A DNA stretch of 64,000 bases from Nitrospiraceae bacterium (GCA_050246315.1 JBFWWG010000009.1:32001-96000), one strand, 5' to 3'. Shown: positions 9,295 through 20,609, counted from the first letter of the stretch. A program made the numbers and translations. The notes: a model not told the origin generated them from the letters alone.

Positions 9295-11190
9295 TTACCA
9301 CCATAAATACAGGGCGGCGATGATCGCCGTGCCCAACGTCATGCCCAAGGCATAATGCTGCGTTTGCCCGCTTTGAATCAGCCGCAGGACGGCGCTAGCC
9401 GCCCCGATCGTCCGGGCGACGCCGTTAACGGCGCCGTCGATCACCGCCACATCGACCCGGCGCCAGAGGGAATCGGCGGCCTCAAACGTCGGACCGACCA
9501 CGGTCCGGTCGTAAATCTCATCCACAAACCATTTGTTCAACGACAGGCGGTAGAGCGTGCGCCATCGCTGCGCCAGACGATCCGGCAACCCGGGCGCCTG
9601 GACGTAGAGGTAGTAGGCCGCAGCGATTCCGATCAGCCCAAGCAGACTCGCAGTCGCCATGATGCCGACCGCTGCGGGCCCGTGATGGGGTGCTGCGGCT
9701 GTCTGCGCAAAGACCGGCGCCAGAAATTCCGGAATGCCGAGATAGCCGGCAGCGATACTGAGAATTGCCAGGACCACGAGTGGAATCGTCATCGTGCCGT
9801 CCGGTTCATGGACGTGTCCGGCGTGATGCGGATCCACATGACTCGATCCCCAAAATGTCACAAAGACCAGACGGAAACTGTAAAAGGCCGTCATCATTGC
9901 GGTCAGAAGGCCGAGGACGGTCAGGAATTGCCCGAGCGGCCCCGAGGCCCAGGCCCCGACCAACAGCTCATCCTTGCTGAAAAATCCCGCGGTCAGCGGA
10001 AAACCCGCGAGCGCCAGCGAGCCGATCACAAAGGTCCAGTAGGTGACCGGCAGCTTGTCGCGCAGGCCGCCCATGCGTCGCATGTCCTGTTCGTGGTGCA
10101 GGGCGATGATGACGGACCCGCACCCGAGGAACAGCAGCGCCTTGAACGCGCCGTGGGTCAGTAGGTGATAGATGCCCGCGCCGAAGGCGCCGAGTCCGCA
10201 GGCCATGATCATGTAGCCCAGTTGACTCATGGTCGAATAGGCCACGACTCGTTTGATGTCGGTCTGAGTCAGCGCGATCGTGGCCCCCATGACCATCGTG
10301 GCGGCCCCGACAAGCGCGACCACCTCCATCGCGGCGGGCGACAGCACGTACAAAGGGGCGAGCCTGGCCACCATGAATACCCCGGCCGTCACCATCGTGG
10401 CGGCATGGATCAGGGCGGAGATCGGCGTCGGACCCTCCATGGCGTCGGGCAGCCAGACGTGCAGCGGCACCTGAGCGGACTTGCCGATCGCGCCGACGAA
10501 GAGAAGCAGGCAGATCAAGGTCATCACCGAGATGTCCCATGTGCCGCCGAAGGGTCCGAGCAGGTTGATCATCTCCGATGCCTTGCTTCCGGCTTCCATC
10601 AGGACCGGTTGATAAGCCATCGTCCCGAAGGTGTACCAGACGAGCAGAACGCCGAGGATGAACCCGAAGTCTCCGATCCGATTGACGATAAAGGCCTTGG
10701 TAGCCGCCGAGCAGGCGGAAGGCCGTTCGTACCAATGGCCGATGAGCAGATAGGAGCAGAGGCCGACGGCTTCCCAGAAGATGAAGAGTTGCAGAAAATT
10801 GTTCGAGAGGACGAGCATCAGCATCGAGAACGTGAAGAGCGCAATGTACGCGAAGAAGCGCGCATAGCCCTTTTCGCCCTTCATGTAGCCGATCGTATAG
10901 ATGTGCACGAGCGAACTGACGATCGTGACCAGCAGCAACATGGCGACCGTCAATCGGTCGAAGTACAGACCCAATTCCACAGTGAGACTGCCGGAGGTCA
11001 TCCAGTTGTACAGCGGGATCTCGATGTTCCGGCCTCCCGCCACCTCGCCGAGGACGAGAAACGAGAGCAGGCAGGACGTCAGGACCGCCGGCACCGCCAC
11101 CAGGTGCGCCCGGTCCTTGAGCCAATGGCCGAAGAGCCCGACCACGAGGAAGGCCAGAAACGGCAGCAGCGGGATCAGGACCAGATACAC
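9295..11190 (-). CDS. nuoL: NADH-quinone oxidoreductase subunit L
   Basis: NRIGD, GKSAQVPLHVWLPDAMEGPTP, HGAFKALLF. Confidence 0.95.
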   Translation of the reverse strand: MYLVLIPLLPFLAFLVVGLFGHWLKDRAHLVAVPAVLTSCLLSFLVLGEVAGGRNIEIPLYNWMTSGSLTVELGLYFDRLTVAMLLLVTIVSSLVHIYTIGYMKGEKGYARFFAYIALFTFSMLMLVLSNNFLQLFIFWEAVGLCSYLLIGHWYERPSACSAATKAFIVNRIGDFGFILGVLLVWYTFGTMAYQPVLMEAGSKASEMINLLGPFGGTWDISVMTLICLLLFVGAIGKSAQVPLHVWLPDAMEGPTPISALIHAATMVTAGVFMVARLAPLYVLSPAAMEVVALVGAATMVMGATIALTQTDIKRVVAYSTMSQLGYMIMACGLGAFGAGIYHLLTHGAFKALLFLGCGSVIIALHHEQDMRRMGGLRDKLPVTYWTFVIGSLALAGFPLTAGFFSKDELLVGAWASGPLGQFLTVLGLLTAMMTAFYSFRLVFVTFWGSSHVDPHHAGHVHEPDGTMTIPLVVLAILSIAAGYLGIPEFLAPVFAQTAAAPHHGPAAVGIMATASLLGLIGIAAAYYLYVQAPGLPDRLAQRWRTLYRLSLNKWFVDEIYDRTVVGPTFEAADSLWRRVDVAVIDGAVNGVARTIGAASAVLRLIQSGQTQHYALGMTLGTAIIAALYLWW

Positions 11191-11194
11191 GAGG

Positions 11195-11497
11195 TCAGCC
11201 TTTCAAGAGGTTGAATTCATCCACGTTGATCGTGGATTTTGCGCGGTAGAGCGCGATGATGATGGCGAGTCCTACCGCCACTTCCGCGGCCGCGACGGTC
11301 AGCGCGAAGAACACGAACACCTGCCCGGCCATGTTGTGGAGGTAATGGGAGAAGGCCACGAAATTGATATTTGTCGCGTTCAGCATCAGCTCGACCGAGA
11401 GCAAAATGATGATGATATTCCGGCGGATCAGGACACCGACCAGCCCGGTCACGAAGACGATCGCGCTCAGCGCGACATAGTAGGAGAGCGGAATCAT
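11195..11497 (-). CDS. nuoK: NADH-quinone oxidoreductase subunit K
   Basis: [22 protein letters not shown]. Confidence 0.95.
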   Translation of the reverse strand: MIPLSYYVALSAIVFVTGLVGVLIRRNIIIILLSVELMLNATNINFVAFSHYLHNMAGQVFVFFALTVAAAEVAVGLAIIIALYRAKSTINVDEFNLLKG

Positions 11498-12030
11498 CTC
11501 GGCAGCGACTCCTGCTGAGACCGGTCCGGCGGCGCAACGATCAGATCCCGTTTCGCCAGGATGATGGCGCCGACCATCGCGACCAGCAGCAACAACGAGG
11601 CAATTTCGAACGGATAGAGGTACTGGGTGAACAGCAGTTCTCCCACCGCTTCGGTATTGCCTTCCGTTTGGGACGCCAGGGCGGACGCATCGACGCCGGC
11701 GAAGCGCGGTGCGGCGATGATCAGCAACGCTTCGGTGGCCAGCATCAAGCCAAGAAACGCCGCCAGGGGTCCCTGCGAGTGATATCGCTCCTCCCGTTTC
11801 ACGTTCAAGAGCATGACGACGAAGAGATACAGGACGAGAATGGCCCCTGCGTAGACGATCACCTGCACGGCCGCGAGAAACTCAGCGTGGAGCGTGACAT
11901 AGAGACCGGCGACATGGAAGAACAGGATCAACAGCGACAGCGCGCTATAGACAGGGTTCTTCAGCAGCACGACCAGCACGGACGTCACGACGATGACGCC
12001 CGCGAGATAAAAGAAGACAAACTGGCTCAT
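11494..12030 (-). CDS. nuoL-preceding nuoJ: NADH-quinone oxidoreductase subunit J
   Basis: [30 protein letters not shown]. Confidence 0.95.
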   Translation of the reverse strand: MSQFVFFYLAGVIVVTSVLVVLLKNPVYSALSLLILFFHVAGLYVTLHAEFLAAVQVIVYAGAILVLYLFVVMLLNVKREERYHSQGPLAAFLGLMLATEALLIIAAPRFAGVDASALASQTEGNTEAVGELLFTQYLYPFEIASLLLLVAMVGAIILAKRDLIVAPPDRSQQESLPR

Positions 12031-12189
12031 TTCGGCACGGTCCTTCCCACGATCATGCCGCTCGTGGCGGCCCTCGACCCCATGTACGCAGGATGCCCCG
12101 GCGACCGGGGCGCGTCCTGCTCGATGCTCTCCGGTCTGACCTCGGTCGCCGTCTGTCTGGAGTCCACGAGGCGAGGAGGCGCGGACGGA

Positions 12190-12765
12190 TCAACTCGGCT
12201 TCTGCGGAAGACCCTTGAACGACACGTTGAAGAACGCCACGTTCCGGTGTTGCAGCTCCAACCGCTTCTCGCGGACCGGGAACGAACGGTCGCCGATTGC
12301 GAGGAGCTGTTGCTTGTTCAACTGCAAATCGCGCTTGTCGTAGACGGCCCATTCGAACTCGCGGGTCATCCCCAGGGCGTCCACCGGACAAGCGTCTACG
12401 CAGAGGCCGCAAAAAAGGCAGCGCGTCATGTCCATGTAATATTCTTTCGAATACCGTTTGGTCGGCTCCCCGGGCACTTCCGCGCTGACCACTCGGATCA
12501 CCCGAGACGGGCAGGCGGCCTCGCACAGGTCGCAGCCCACGCATTTTTCCGTGCCGTCGTCGTACCGCAGCAGCGCCAACATGCCTCGGTAGCTGTCCGG
12601 CAGCGTCCGCTTTTCGTGCGGATACTGGAGCGTGATCGGGCGATAGCGCAGGAGGTGCGACATCGTCGCCTTCATGCCGACCAGCAGCTCATAGAAGGTG
12701 ATGGTCTTGACCCAACTCTTCAGCCGGTCGAGCGAAGAAGGCGCTGTAGAGCCGGTCGGCTGCAT
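12190..12765 (-). CDS. nuoI: NADH-quinone oxidoreductase subunit I (2x[4Fe-4S])
   Basis: CVGCDLCEAACP and CLFCGLCVDACP; C-terminal part of the 512-aa track ORF, start taken at ATG 12765. Confidence 0.93.
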   Translation of the reverse strand: MQPTGSTAPSSLDRLKSWVKTITFYELLVGMKATMSHLLRYRPITLQYPHEKRTLPDSYRGMLALLRYDDGTEKCVGCDLCEAACPSRVIRVVSAEVPGEPTKRYSKEYYMDMTRCLFCGLCVDACPVDALGMTREFEWAVYDKRDLQLNKQQLLAIGDRSFPVREKRLELQHRNVAFFNVSFKGLPQKPS

Positions 12766-12773
12766 GGGTCTCC

Positions 12774-13841
12774 TTACGACTTCACACCCGGAAAGAAATA
12801 GGCGGCCAGAGAGGTCACCACGATATTGCCCAGCGCGATTGGCAACATGACCTTCCAGCCGAAGCGCATGAGCTGGTCGTACCGGAGCCTCGGCAGCGTC
12901 GCGCGGAGCCAAAAAAACAGAAACAGGAAGAAATAGACCTTCACCGTAAACCAGGCGATGTTTTCGATCCAGCCGATGTTGGCGGGGAGGATCGTGCCGG
13001 GATAGGGCGCGTTCCAACCGCCAAGAAATAGAATGGCCGCAATGCAGGACACCAGAATCATGTTGGCATATTCGGCAAGGAAGTAGAATGCGAACCGCAT
13101 CCCGCTGTATTCGGTGAAGAAGCCCGCCACCAATTCGCTCTCGGCCTCCGGGAGGTCGAAGGGCACCCGGTTGGTCTCGGCGACCGAGGAGATGACGTAG
13201 ACGACAAAGGCGAAGACCTGCGGAAAGGGCGCCGCCAGCACAAACCAGTTCCAGAACCAGCCGCTCTGCGCCTCCGTGATCTTGACCAGGCTGAGCGAGC
13301 CGGCCAGCAAGACGACGCCGACGATCGCCAATCCGACGTTCAGCTCGTAACTGATGATCTGAGCGGCCGATCGCAAGCCTCCCAACAGCGAATATTTGCT
13401 GTTGGAAGCCCAGCCTCCCAGGATGATCCCGTAGGCGCCGATTGAGGCGAAGGCCAGGATGTAGAGAATGCCGATGTTGATGTCGCTGATGACGAACGGC
13501 TTGAACTGATGGCCGAACAATTCCACCGTCTGGGACGGTCCGAAGGGGATCACCGCGAATCCGATCAGCGCGGGCACCAAGGCAAGGATCGGCGCCATGC
13601 TGAACATCAGCTTGTTGGCGCCGGCCGGCACGATGTCTTCCTTGAAGAAAAGCTTCAGGCCGTCTGCGATCGGTTGCAGCACCCCGTAGGGACCGACTTC
13701 CATGGGTCCCATACGATCCTGCATCCACCCAAGCACTTTCCGCTCAGCCAGGGTCAGAAACATCACGGTCAGCAAGACGACTCCCAGCACGACCGCGATT
13801 TGCCCAAGCGCAAACGCGACTTTCACACCAAGTTCGGTCAC
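12774..13841 (-). CDS. nuoH: NADH-quinone oxidoreductase subunit H
   Basis: [36 protein letters not shown]. Confidence 0.96.
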   Translation of the reverse strand: MTELGVKVAFALGQIAVVLGVVLLTVMFLTLAERKVLGWMQDRMGPMEVGPYGVLQPIADGLKLFFKEDIVPAGANKLMFSMAPILALVPALIGFAVIPFGPSQTVELFGHQFKPFVISDINIGILYILAFASIGAYGIILGGWASNSKYSLLGGLRSAAQIISYELNVGLAIVGVVLLAGSLSLVKITEAQSGWFWNWFVLAAPFPQVFAFVVYVISSVAETNRVPFDLPEAESELVAGFFTEYSGMRFAFYFLAEYANMILVSCIAAILFLGGWNAPYPGTILPANIGWIENIAWFTVKVYFFLFLFFWLRATLPRLRYDQLMRFGWKVMLPIALGNIVVTSLAAYFFPGVKS

Positions 13842-13845
13842 GACG

Positions 13846-16512
13846 TTACTCCTTTACGACCTCCACGGTCGCGCAATGGAACGACGGCACCTTTGTGACG
13901 GGATCGAGGGTACAGTCCAACAGTCCGATCATTTCTTGAGCAAAATGATCCGGGAACCAAGCCGTTCCTTGCGGGATACGCTCCGACAGGTGCACGGTGG
14001 TTCTCGCCTCCCCCCGCTCGTTTCGCACGAGTACCCGGTCACCTTCGGCAAGCGATCGACCGACCGCATCGGTCGGATTGAGCGACAGGGCGCCGGCCGG
14101 TTGAACTTGCAGCAGACCTTTGGAACGAGTCGAGAGTTTCCCGGAATGGAACAAGCTTTGTCCCAGCAGCAGCCGTAGATGCGGCTTGGGCGGTGCGGGC
14201 GATACTGCCGGTGTGTAACGGCTTGACAGATTGGACCGGAATCCCTCCTTCAGGTATTGCTCGACGACGCCGGGGACCGGCTTCGGCGGAATCGGAGTCG
14301 GGCCCAGCAGTCCGTGTCCTGGGATCACCGTGCGGAGTTCCTTGGAGATCTCCTGCGCGTCGTCATATTCGAGCGGATAACCCATCAACGTCGCGATGCC
14401 GCACAGGATTTCCCAGTCGGGCCTACTGTCGCCGACAGGGTTGATGGCTCGGCGGACCTTCTGCACATAGCCTTCCGTATTGGTGAACGATCCGTTCTTC
14501 TCGGCATAGGAGCAGGCGGGAAGCACCACATGGGCCAGCTTGGCCGTTTCGGTCAGGAACAGTTCCTGACAAACCAGCAGATCCAGCCCTTCCAGGGCTT
14601 CGCGGACCTTGACGCTTGGGGGGAGCGTGCCGACAGGATTCTCCCCCACGATAAACATCACTTTGACCGCTCCTTGGCGGGCCTGATCGAGCAACTCCAT
14701 CATCGTGAACGCCTGTCCCTGGGTCAGGTCATCCTTCCAATGGTTGGTCACCGAATCGCGGGCGTTGCGATCTTGAACGGGGAGACTGCCGGGCAAGTAG
14801 CCGGCCACGGCGCCCACGTCGATCGCTCCCTGTTCGTTGTTCTCTTCTGCTAGCGGCGCGAGGCCGCACCCTGGCTGGTCATGCCGTCCGAGGAGAATCA
14901 GCAGATCCAGCAAGGCGAGCGAGGCCGTATGGCCGGAAGGAGAACGGAGGAGGGCTTGTCCGACAAGGATCACGGTCCGCTTGCCCCTGGCGAGCGCCGC
15001 CGCCATGTCTTGCATCGCCTTGGCTCCGGTGCCTGAGGCCGTTTCGAGTGCCGGCCACGTCAGGTTCGCCGTCAATTCGGCGATGGCACGCACATAATCG
15101 GGAGCCTTCTGAGCCAGATTTGCATCGACAGCTCCCTGTTCGATGACCGCCTTGATCAGCCCGAGGATCACGGCTTGGAACTGATCCGGACGCGCGGTGA
15201 TATGAAGGTGGGCCAAGTTGGTAATGTTGCTGATCTTCTCGACGGCCGGTTGGACGGGTTCCACGGTCAACAAGGTGGCGCGACGCTTCTTCACCGCCTC
15301 CTTCACGCGCAACCCGGTGACCGGGTTGGTCTCGGTGATGTTCGTGCCGACAAGCAGCAGTATGTCCGCGGCGACCACGTCTTCCATCGCAACCGTCCAC
15401 CGAGTGACGCCGAGCACCAATCTCAGTGCACGAATCGCGTTGATGTAGCCGTACCGGACGCTACTGTCGAGCTTGTTGGTGCCGATGGCCAGACGCATGA
15501 ATTTTTGGAAAAGATAGAGATCTTCGTTGGTGCAGCGCGTGCCGATCAGGCCGGCGAAAGCATCCGCCCCATGCGAGAGCTTGAGTCGGACCGACGTTTC
15601 CGCCACATATCCCAACGCTTCCTCCCAGGTGGCCGGGACCAGCCGCCCCTCCTGCCGGATCAACGGGGTGGTGAGCCGGTCCGGGTGGGTGGTGACATGG
15701 TAGCCGAAGAACCCGCGTGCGCAGAGATCGCCGTTGTTGCGGCCGGCGCCGTAGGCGGAATTCACTTCGATCGGCTCGTTATTTTTGGCTTGGATCGTGA
15801 TTTGGCAGCCATCGCCGCAGAAGGTGCAGATCGTATCGGCTCGCTTCAGCATCCAAGGGCGGTATTCGTACATGGAGAGTCGGCTCGTGATGGCACCGAC
15901 CGGGCAGATCTGGACGCAGCCACCGCAAAATTCGCAATCGAGCTGATGGGAGGTGAAGTGCTTGATTTCCGTCATCGTGCCGCGCCCGCTGGGGGCCAGG
16001 GCCTTCACGTCCATCACCTCATCGCAGTACCGAACACACCGGAGGCACTGAACGCAGCGGTTCATCTGGGTTTCAATGAGCGGGCTGAAATAGTCTTTCT
16101 GGAAGAGACGCTTGACCTCGATGAACCGGCTGGTCGTGGGGGTGTATTCGTGCGAAAAGTCCTGGAGGTCGCACCGACCGCCCTGGTCGCAGACGGGACA
16201 GTCGAGCGGATGGTTCGCGAGGATGAATTCCAACACGGATTTGTGGGCATTGTTGACGACGGTCGTGGCGGTCCGGACCGTCATGCCCTCGGTCACCGGC
16301 GTGCTGCACGAGGTCTGGAGTTTCGGCATTTTCTCGATCTCGACCAGGCACATCCGGCAATTGGCGTCCGGCTTCAGCTTGGGGTGATAGCAAAAATGCG
16401 GAATCATCACCCCGACACGACGCGCGGCTTCGATCACCAAGGTGCCCTTGGGTACCGTGACGGGGATGCCGTCGATCGTCAGGTGAACCAGCTCGGTTGC
16501 CGTATTGGTCAT
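13846..16512 (-). CDS. nuoG: NADH-quinone oxidoreductase subunit G (long form)
   Basis: [44 protein letters not shown], plus CTFCGDGC...C (N7-type) motif; operon position. Confidence 0.93.
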   Translation of the reverse strand: MTNTATELVHLTIDGIPVTVPKGTLVIEAARRVGVMIPHFCYHPKLKPDANCRMCLVEIEKMPKLQTSCSTPVTEGMTVRTATTVVNNAHKSVLEFILANHPLDCPVCDQGGRCDLQDFSHEYTPTTSRFIEVKRLFQKDYFSPLIETQMNRCVQCLRCVRYCDEVMDVKALAPSGRGTMTEIKHFTSHQLDCEFCGGCVQICPVGAITSRLSMYEYRPWMLKRADTICTFCGDGCQITIQAKNNEPIEVNSAYGAGRNNGDLCARGFFGYHVTTHPDRLTTPLIRQEGRLVPATWEEALGYVAETSVRLKLSHGADAFAGLIGTRCTNEDLYLFQKFMRLAIGTNKLDSSVRYGYINAIRALRLVLGVTRWTVAMEDVVAADILLLVGTNITETNPVTGLRVKEAVKKRRATLLTVEPVQPAVEKISNITNLAHLHITARPDQFQAVILGLIKAVIEQGAVDANLAQKAPDYVRAIAELTANLTWPALETASGTGAKAMQDMAAALARGKRTVILVGQALLRSPSGHTASLALLDLLILLGRHDQPGCGLAPLAEENNEQGAIDVGAVAGYLPGSLPVQDRNARDSVTNHWKDDLTQGQAFTMMELLDQARQGAVKVMFIVGENPVGTLPPSVKVREALEGLDLLVCQELFLTETAKLAHVVLPACSYAEKNGSFTNTEGYVQKVRRAINPVGDSRPDWEILCGIATLMGYPLEYDDAQEISKELRTVIPGHGLLGPTPIPPKPVPGVVEQYLKEGFRSNLSSRYTPAVSPAPPKPHLRLLLGQSLFHSGKLSTRSKGLLQVQPAGALSLNPTDAVGRSLAEGDRVLVRNERGEARTTVHLSERIPQGTAWFPDHFAQEMIGLLDCTLDPVTKVPSFHCATVEVVKE

Positions 16513-16610
16513 GGGTCAATAGTCATCGGTCAATGGGTAGAGAGCGTTCGCAACGGGCAACGGCTGCATGAATGCATCGTCGGCTCGAATGACGAATGAC
16601 CATTGACGAT
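16505..16610. repeat. Period-7 GTCA/TGAC hairpin between nuoF stop and nuoG start
   Basis: ggtcatg-ggtcaat-agtcatc-ggtcaat left arm; atgacga-atgacca-ttgacga right arm; the nuoG ATG lies inside the last unit. Confidence 0.85.
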
Positions 16611-16613
16611 CTC

Positions 16614-17930
16614 TTAATGTCTCGCCGCCGGCATGACCAATTCGGGGATGCCGGAAAGCCCCAGCGATTTCGCCTCCCGGATCAGGTCCTCATACTCCTG
16701 CCGCCAGTACTTCAACGTGCTCAGGATGGGAGACACCTCCGCGTCGCCGAACGCGCAGACTGTTCGCCCGGCGATGTTCTTGCACAGATCCGCCAGGGTT
16801 TCAAGGTCCTCCAGGCGCCCCCGCTTGTCCAGGATGCGGCGCAGGGTCTGGGTGAGCCAGGAGCTGCCCTCTCGACAGGGCGTACACTTGCCGCAGGACT
16901 CGTGATAGAAAAATTCCATCAATCGCAAGGCCGCCCACACCATGCTCGTTCCCTCTTCCATGACCGTGACGCCGCCGGACCCCAGCATCGATCCGGCCTG
17001 GGCGACCGATTCAAAATCCATCTTCACGTCCAGGTGATCAGGGGTCAAAAAGGGCGCCGAGGCCCCGCCGGGGATGAAGGCCTTGAGCGGCTTGTCCGAT
17101 CGCATCCCGCCGGCCTGCCCATAGATCAACTCGCGAAACGTGATGCCCATCGGCACTTCATAGTTGCCTGGCCGCTGGACGTGCCCGCTCACACAGAAAA
17201 TCCTGGTACCGGTGCTTTTGGGCGGAGAACCGATGGAGGCAAACCATTCGGGCCCTCGGGTGATGATATGCGGAAGGTTCGCCAGCGTCTCCACGTTATT
17301 GACCACCGTCGGCTTGCCATAGAGGCCGTGTGTGGCAGGAAAGGGAGGTTTGACGCGGGGCAAGCCGCGCTTGCCTTCCAGGGATTCGAGCAGAGCCGTC
17401 TCCTCCCCGCAGATATAGGCGCCGGCGCCGCGGTGGACGTAGATCTCGATGGTGATGCCGCTCCCCCAGATATTCTTTCCCAGATAACCGGCCGCCCTGG
17501 CTGCTGCGATCGCGCGCTCCAGGATCGAGGCACCCAACGCGAATTCTCCGCGGATATAGATGTAGGAGGTTTCCGATCCGATCGCGTAACTGGCGATGGC
17601 GATGCCTTCCAGAACCTGATGGGGATCTCGCTCCATCAACTGCCGGTCCTTGAAGGTGCCCGGCTCGCTTTCGTCGGCGTTGCAGCAGAGGTAGCGAGGC
17701 CCTTGGTAATCCTTGGGTAGGAACCCCCATTTGATGCCCGTGGGAAACCCGGCGCCGCCCCGTCCCCGCAGGCCGGACTTCGTCACGATCGCCGCGACTT
17801 CGGCTGGGGCGACCTTGCCCAGGACCTGGCGCAGGGCTTGATAGCCTCCGGTCCGCTCGTAGTCCGTTAGGGAGCCGCTATAGCCCGGCTGCATCATGTT
17901 CTTGAGGAGGATCGGTTCGTGTGTATGCAT
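16614..17930 (-). CDS. nuoF: NADH-quinone oxidoreductase subunit F
   Basis: GLRGRGGAGFPTG, NADESEPG, GAGAYICGEET, ESCGKCTPCREG; start taken at MHTHEP. Confidence 0.96.
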   Translation of the reverse strand: MHTHEPILLKNMMQPGYSGSLTDYERTGGYQALRQVLGKVAPAEVAAIVTKSGLRGRGGAGFPTGIKWGFLPKDYQGPRYLCCNADESEPGTFKDRQLMERDPHQVLEGIAIASYAIGSETSYIYIRGEFALGASILERAIAAARAAGYLGKNIWGSGITIEIYVHRGAGAYICGEETALLESLEGKRGLPRVKPPFPATHGLYGKPTVVNNVETLANLPHIITRGPEWFASIGSPPKSTGTRIFCVSGHVQRPGNYEVPMGITFRELIYGQAGGMRSDKPLKAFIPGGASAPFLTPDHLDVKMDFESVAQAGSMLGSGGVTVMEEGTSMVWAALRLMEFFYHESCGKCTPCREGSSWLTQTLRRILDKRGRLEDLETLADLCKNIAGRTVCAFGDAEVSPILSTLKYWRQEYEDLIREAKSLGLSGIPELVMPAARH

Positions 17931-17933
17931 GCT

Positions 17934-18025
17934 CGTCGTTTCGTCAAACGTCAACGGTCATTCGTCAATCGGAGGCGAGGACGACTTCCCACCATGATCT
18001 TCCGAATGACAAGTGACGATTGACG
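17934..18025. repeat. Period-7 GTCA/TGAC hairpin between nuoE stop and nuoF start
   Basis: cgtcaacggtcattcgtcaatcgga pairs 20/25 with tccgaatgacaagtgacgattgacg. Confidence 0.85.
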
Positions 18026-18027
18026 GG

Positions 18028-18558
18028 TTACGTCTCCTGCTTCGCCGGTTCAGGCCACATGAACGGCCCGCTCTTCAAGGGCGATGTGCCGGCCCGTTTG
18101 AGATCGGCCAGAACCTGATCAAGCTTCTGCTCTGTGAGGTGCTCATAGTAGTCGTCGTTGATCTGCATCATGGGACCGGTACCACAAGCGGCCAGGCATT
18201 CCACCGCGCTCACGGTGAAGAGTTTGTCCGGCGTTGTCTCCCCGGGGCCGATCCCCAGTTTTGCCTTGAGCCAGCCCAGGACGGTGTCCGAGCCCACCAG
18301 GGCGCACATGAGGGATTTGCACACCTGAATGTGAAACTTGCCGACCGGCTTTAAGTTCAACATCGTGTAGAAGGTCACCACCTCGTAGACCTGAGGAGGC
18401 GTCAGGCGTAACAATCCTGCGATCTCGATCATGGCCTGCTCGCTGATGTAGCCCTCTTCTTGCTGCGCCAGGTAGAGCAACGGAATCAGTGCCGAACGTC
18501 GTTCCGGATACCGTCCCAGAATCTCGTCGATCTCTTTTCCGTACTGTTCTCTTAACAT
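18028..18558 (-). CDS. nuoE: NADH-quinone oxidoreductase subunit E
   Basis: VVTFYTM, QVCKSLMC, ECLAACGTGP; start taken at MLREQY. Confidence 0.95.
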   Translation of the reverse strand: MLREQYGKEIDEILGRYPERRSALIPLLYLAQQEEGYISEQAMIEIAGLLRLTPPQVYEVVTFYTMLNLKPVGKFHIQVCKSLMCALVGSDTVLGWLKAKLGIGPGETTPDKLFTVSAVECLAACGTGPMMQINDDYYEHLTEQKLDQVLADLKRAGTSPLKSGPFMWPEPAKQET

Positions 18559-18642
18559 GCAGTCTACTCTTCGATCGAGGCTGTCGAGATCTCCCCAAGT
18601 GCGCGCCTTCTTGTATTCACCCTGGCCCCAGCCACTCGCAGC

Positions 18643-18773
18643 GTGAGGTGCAGATGTGTTAGGCCAATTGCGGCCGTCACGACCCGTTGCGCTAAGGAGG
18701 GCGCAACGGGTCCCCCGGCACATTCTGATTGTGCGCGCTCCGGGAGCACAGGGCTAACACATCTGCGCCTCAC
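18643..18773. repeat. Structured intergenic element with 20-bp outer inverted repeat and 12-bp inner hairpin
   Basis: 18643-18662 vs 18754-18773 match 19/20; gacccgttgcgc-TAAGGAGG-gcgcaacgggtc at 18681-18712. Confidence 0.85.
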
Positions 18774-20521
18774 CGATCACATTCCCCCATGACGATATCG
18801 TACGTGCCGAAAATCGTGATGATGTCCGAGATCAGATAGCCGCGAGCCATATGGTCGAACGCCCCCATGTGGATGAAGGAAGGGGCGCGAATTTTCATTC
18901 GGTACGGGCGTGGGCTCCCGTCGCTGATCAGAAAGAATCCCAGTTCGCCCTTGGGCGCCTCGGTGGCGCAGTAGGTTTCGCCCTTGGGCGGCTTGAATCC
19001 CTGGGTAAAGATAATGAAGTGGTGGATCAGACTTTCCATGTCCCGCATGACCTTTTCCTTGGGCGGAGGAATCACGGTCGGGCTGTCGGCCATGATCGGC
19101 CCTTGAGGCATCTGGTCCAGACATTGGCGGATGATCCGGCAGCTCTGGTGCATCTCCTCCATCCGGATCCAATAGCGGTCGTAGGTATCGCCGTTCTTGC
19201 CGACCGGCACCTCCCAATCCACCTTGTCGTAAGCGCCGTACGGTTCGTACTTGCGGACGTCGTAATCCACGCCTGATCCGCGCAACGTCGGTCCGGTGAG
19301 GCCGAAACTGATCGCGTCCTCTGCCGAAATGACGGCGACCCCCTTCGTGCGGCCGAGCCAGATCCGATTATTCATGATCAAGCTGTCGTATTCGCGGATA
19401 TGCTCGGGAAACGTCTCGAGAAAGGCCTTGAGGCGCGCGATGAGGTCCGGGGTGAGATCGGCGTCCACTCCGCCGATCCGGTAATAGTTCAGCGTCAGGC
19501 GCGCCCCGCAGAGCTTTTCGAACATGTCGAGCAGCACCTCACGCTCCCGGAAGGTCCAGAAAAAAACGGTCATAGCACCGATGTCCAACGCCTGCGTGCC
19601 CAGCCAGAATAGATGACCGATGATGCGCTGCATCTCGGCCACGATCGTGCGGACGTACTCGGCCCGCTCCGGCACGGTGATCCCGACCAGCTTTTCCACC
19701 GCTCGAACATAGGCGTAGTTGTTGGTCATCGAGCAGACGTAGTCCAGCCGGTCGGTATGCGGGATGACCTGCATATAATGGAGACCTTCGGCCAACTTTT
19801 CGACGCCACGATGCAGGTACCCCAGGTCCGGCGTGGCCTTTACGATCCGCTCCCCGTCCAGTTCGAGCACGACGCGCAAGACTCCGTGGGTGCTGGGGTG
19901 CTGAGGGCCCATGTTCAACAGCAGCTCTTCGGTCCGTTGCGAGGAGGCCGGCGGGCCTCCATTCGCAAGAAAAGCCTGCTTGTCCGCGACAGAGATCTCT
20001 CCGGCCAGTTCGGCCGGCGGTTCGTCCAGGCGTGGAATGAACGGGAATGACCCGCGCCATCCACGGCCCTCCGCCGGAAAGTCCTTTCGGAGCGGATAGC
20101 CCTCGTCGTAATCCTCCGGCATGAGGATGCGGCGCAAATCCGGATGTTGTTCGAAGACGATGCCCATGAGGTCGTAGACCTCCCGCTCCATGAACTCGGC
20201 TCCGCGCCAGATCCCTGTCACCGAGGGCAGCGAAGGACGGTCCTCTGTCAGCCGGGCCTTGATGCGGATCCGGTGCCGGTGCGGCAGTGAAAGGAAATGG
20301 TAGATCACCTCGAATCGTTCGGGCGCGTCCGGATAATCCGCGGAGCAGATGTCGGTGATATGATCGAACGACAACGCCGGCTCGTCGTGGAGAAAGTGGC
20401 CGATGTCCAGAAGCCGATCGGCCCGCACGTGCGCCGAGAGATCTCCACGAGACAGATCCTCGTGGAGCTCCAGCACCGTGTCGGGAAACTTGGCCTTGAG
20501 TCGTTCGAGCACCGGATGCAT
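18770..20521 (-). CDS. nuoCD: Fused NADH-quinone oxidoreductase subunit C/D
   Basis: EREVYDLMGI..HPDLRRI (C) and NMGPQHPSTHGVLR, GYLHRGVEK, DIVMGECDR (D); start taken at MHPVLE. Confidence 0.95.
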   Translation of the reverse strand: MHPVLERLKAKFPDTVLELHEDLSRGDLSAHVRADRLLDIGHFLHDEPALSFDHITDICSADYPDAPERFEVIYHFLSLPHRHRIRIKARLTEDRPSLPSVTGIWRGAEFMEREVYDLMGIVFEQHPDLRRILMPEDYDEGYPLRKDFPAEGRGWRGSFPFIPRLDEPPAELAGEISVADKQAFLANGGPPASSQRTEELLLNMGPQHPSTHGVLRVVLELDGERIVKATPDLGYLHRGVEKLAEGLHYMQVIPHTDRLDYVCSMTNNYAYVRAVEKLVGITVPERAEYVRTIVAEMQRIIGHLFWLGTQALDIGAMTVFFWTFREREVLLDMFEKLCGARLTLNYYRIGGVDADLTPDLIARLKAFLETFPEHIREYDSLIMNNRIWLGRTKGVAVISAEDAISFGLTGPTLRGSGVDYDVRKYEPYGAYDKVDWEVPVGKNGDTYDRYWIRMEEMHQSCRIIRQCLDQMPQGPIMADSPTVIPPPKEKVMRDMESLIHHFIIFTQGFKPPKGETYCATEAPKGELGFFLISDGSPRPYRMKIRAPSFIHMGAFDHMARGYLISDIITIFGTYDIVMGECDR

Positions 20522-20608
20522 CGTCGTCCATGCGTCAACCGTCATGGGTCAAGCGTCATGGGAATCCACGATCCCCTCGATTGACGAATGACCATTGACG
20601 AATGACCA
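20521..20608. repeat. Period-7 GTCA/TGAC hairpin between nuoB stop and nuoCD start
   Basis: cgtcaac-cgtcatg-ggtcaag-cgtcatg left arm; ttgacga-atgacca-ttgacga-atgacca right arm. Confidence 0.85.
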
Positions 20609-20609
20609 C

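Noticed and set aside
6137..11190. 2M-type complex I with duplicated nuoM
   Set aside because: Only one each of nuoL, nuoM and nuoN is present.
12190..13728. 512-aa NuoI with long N-terminal extension
   Set aside because: The extension is an alternate frame over nuoH; recognisable NuoI starts near 12765.
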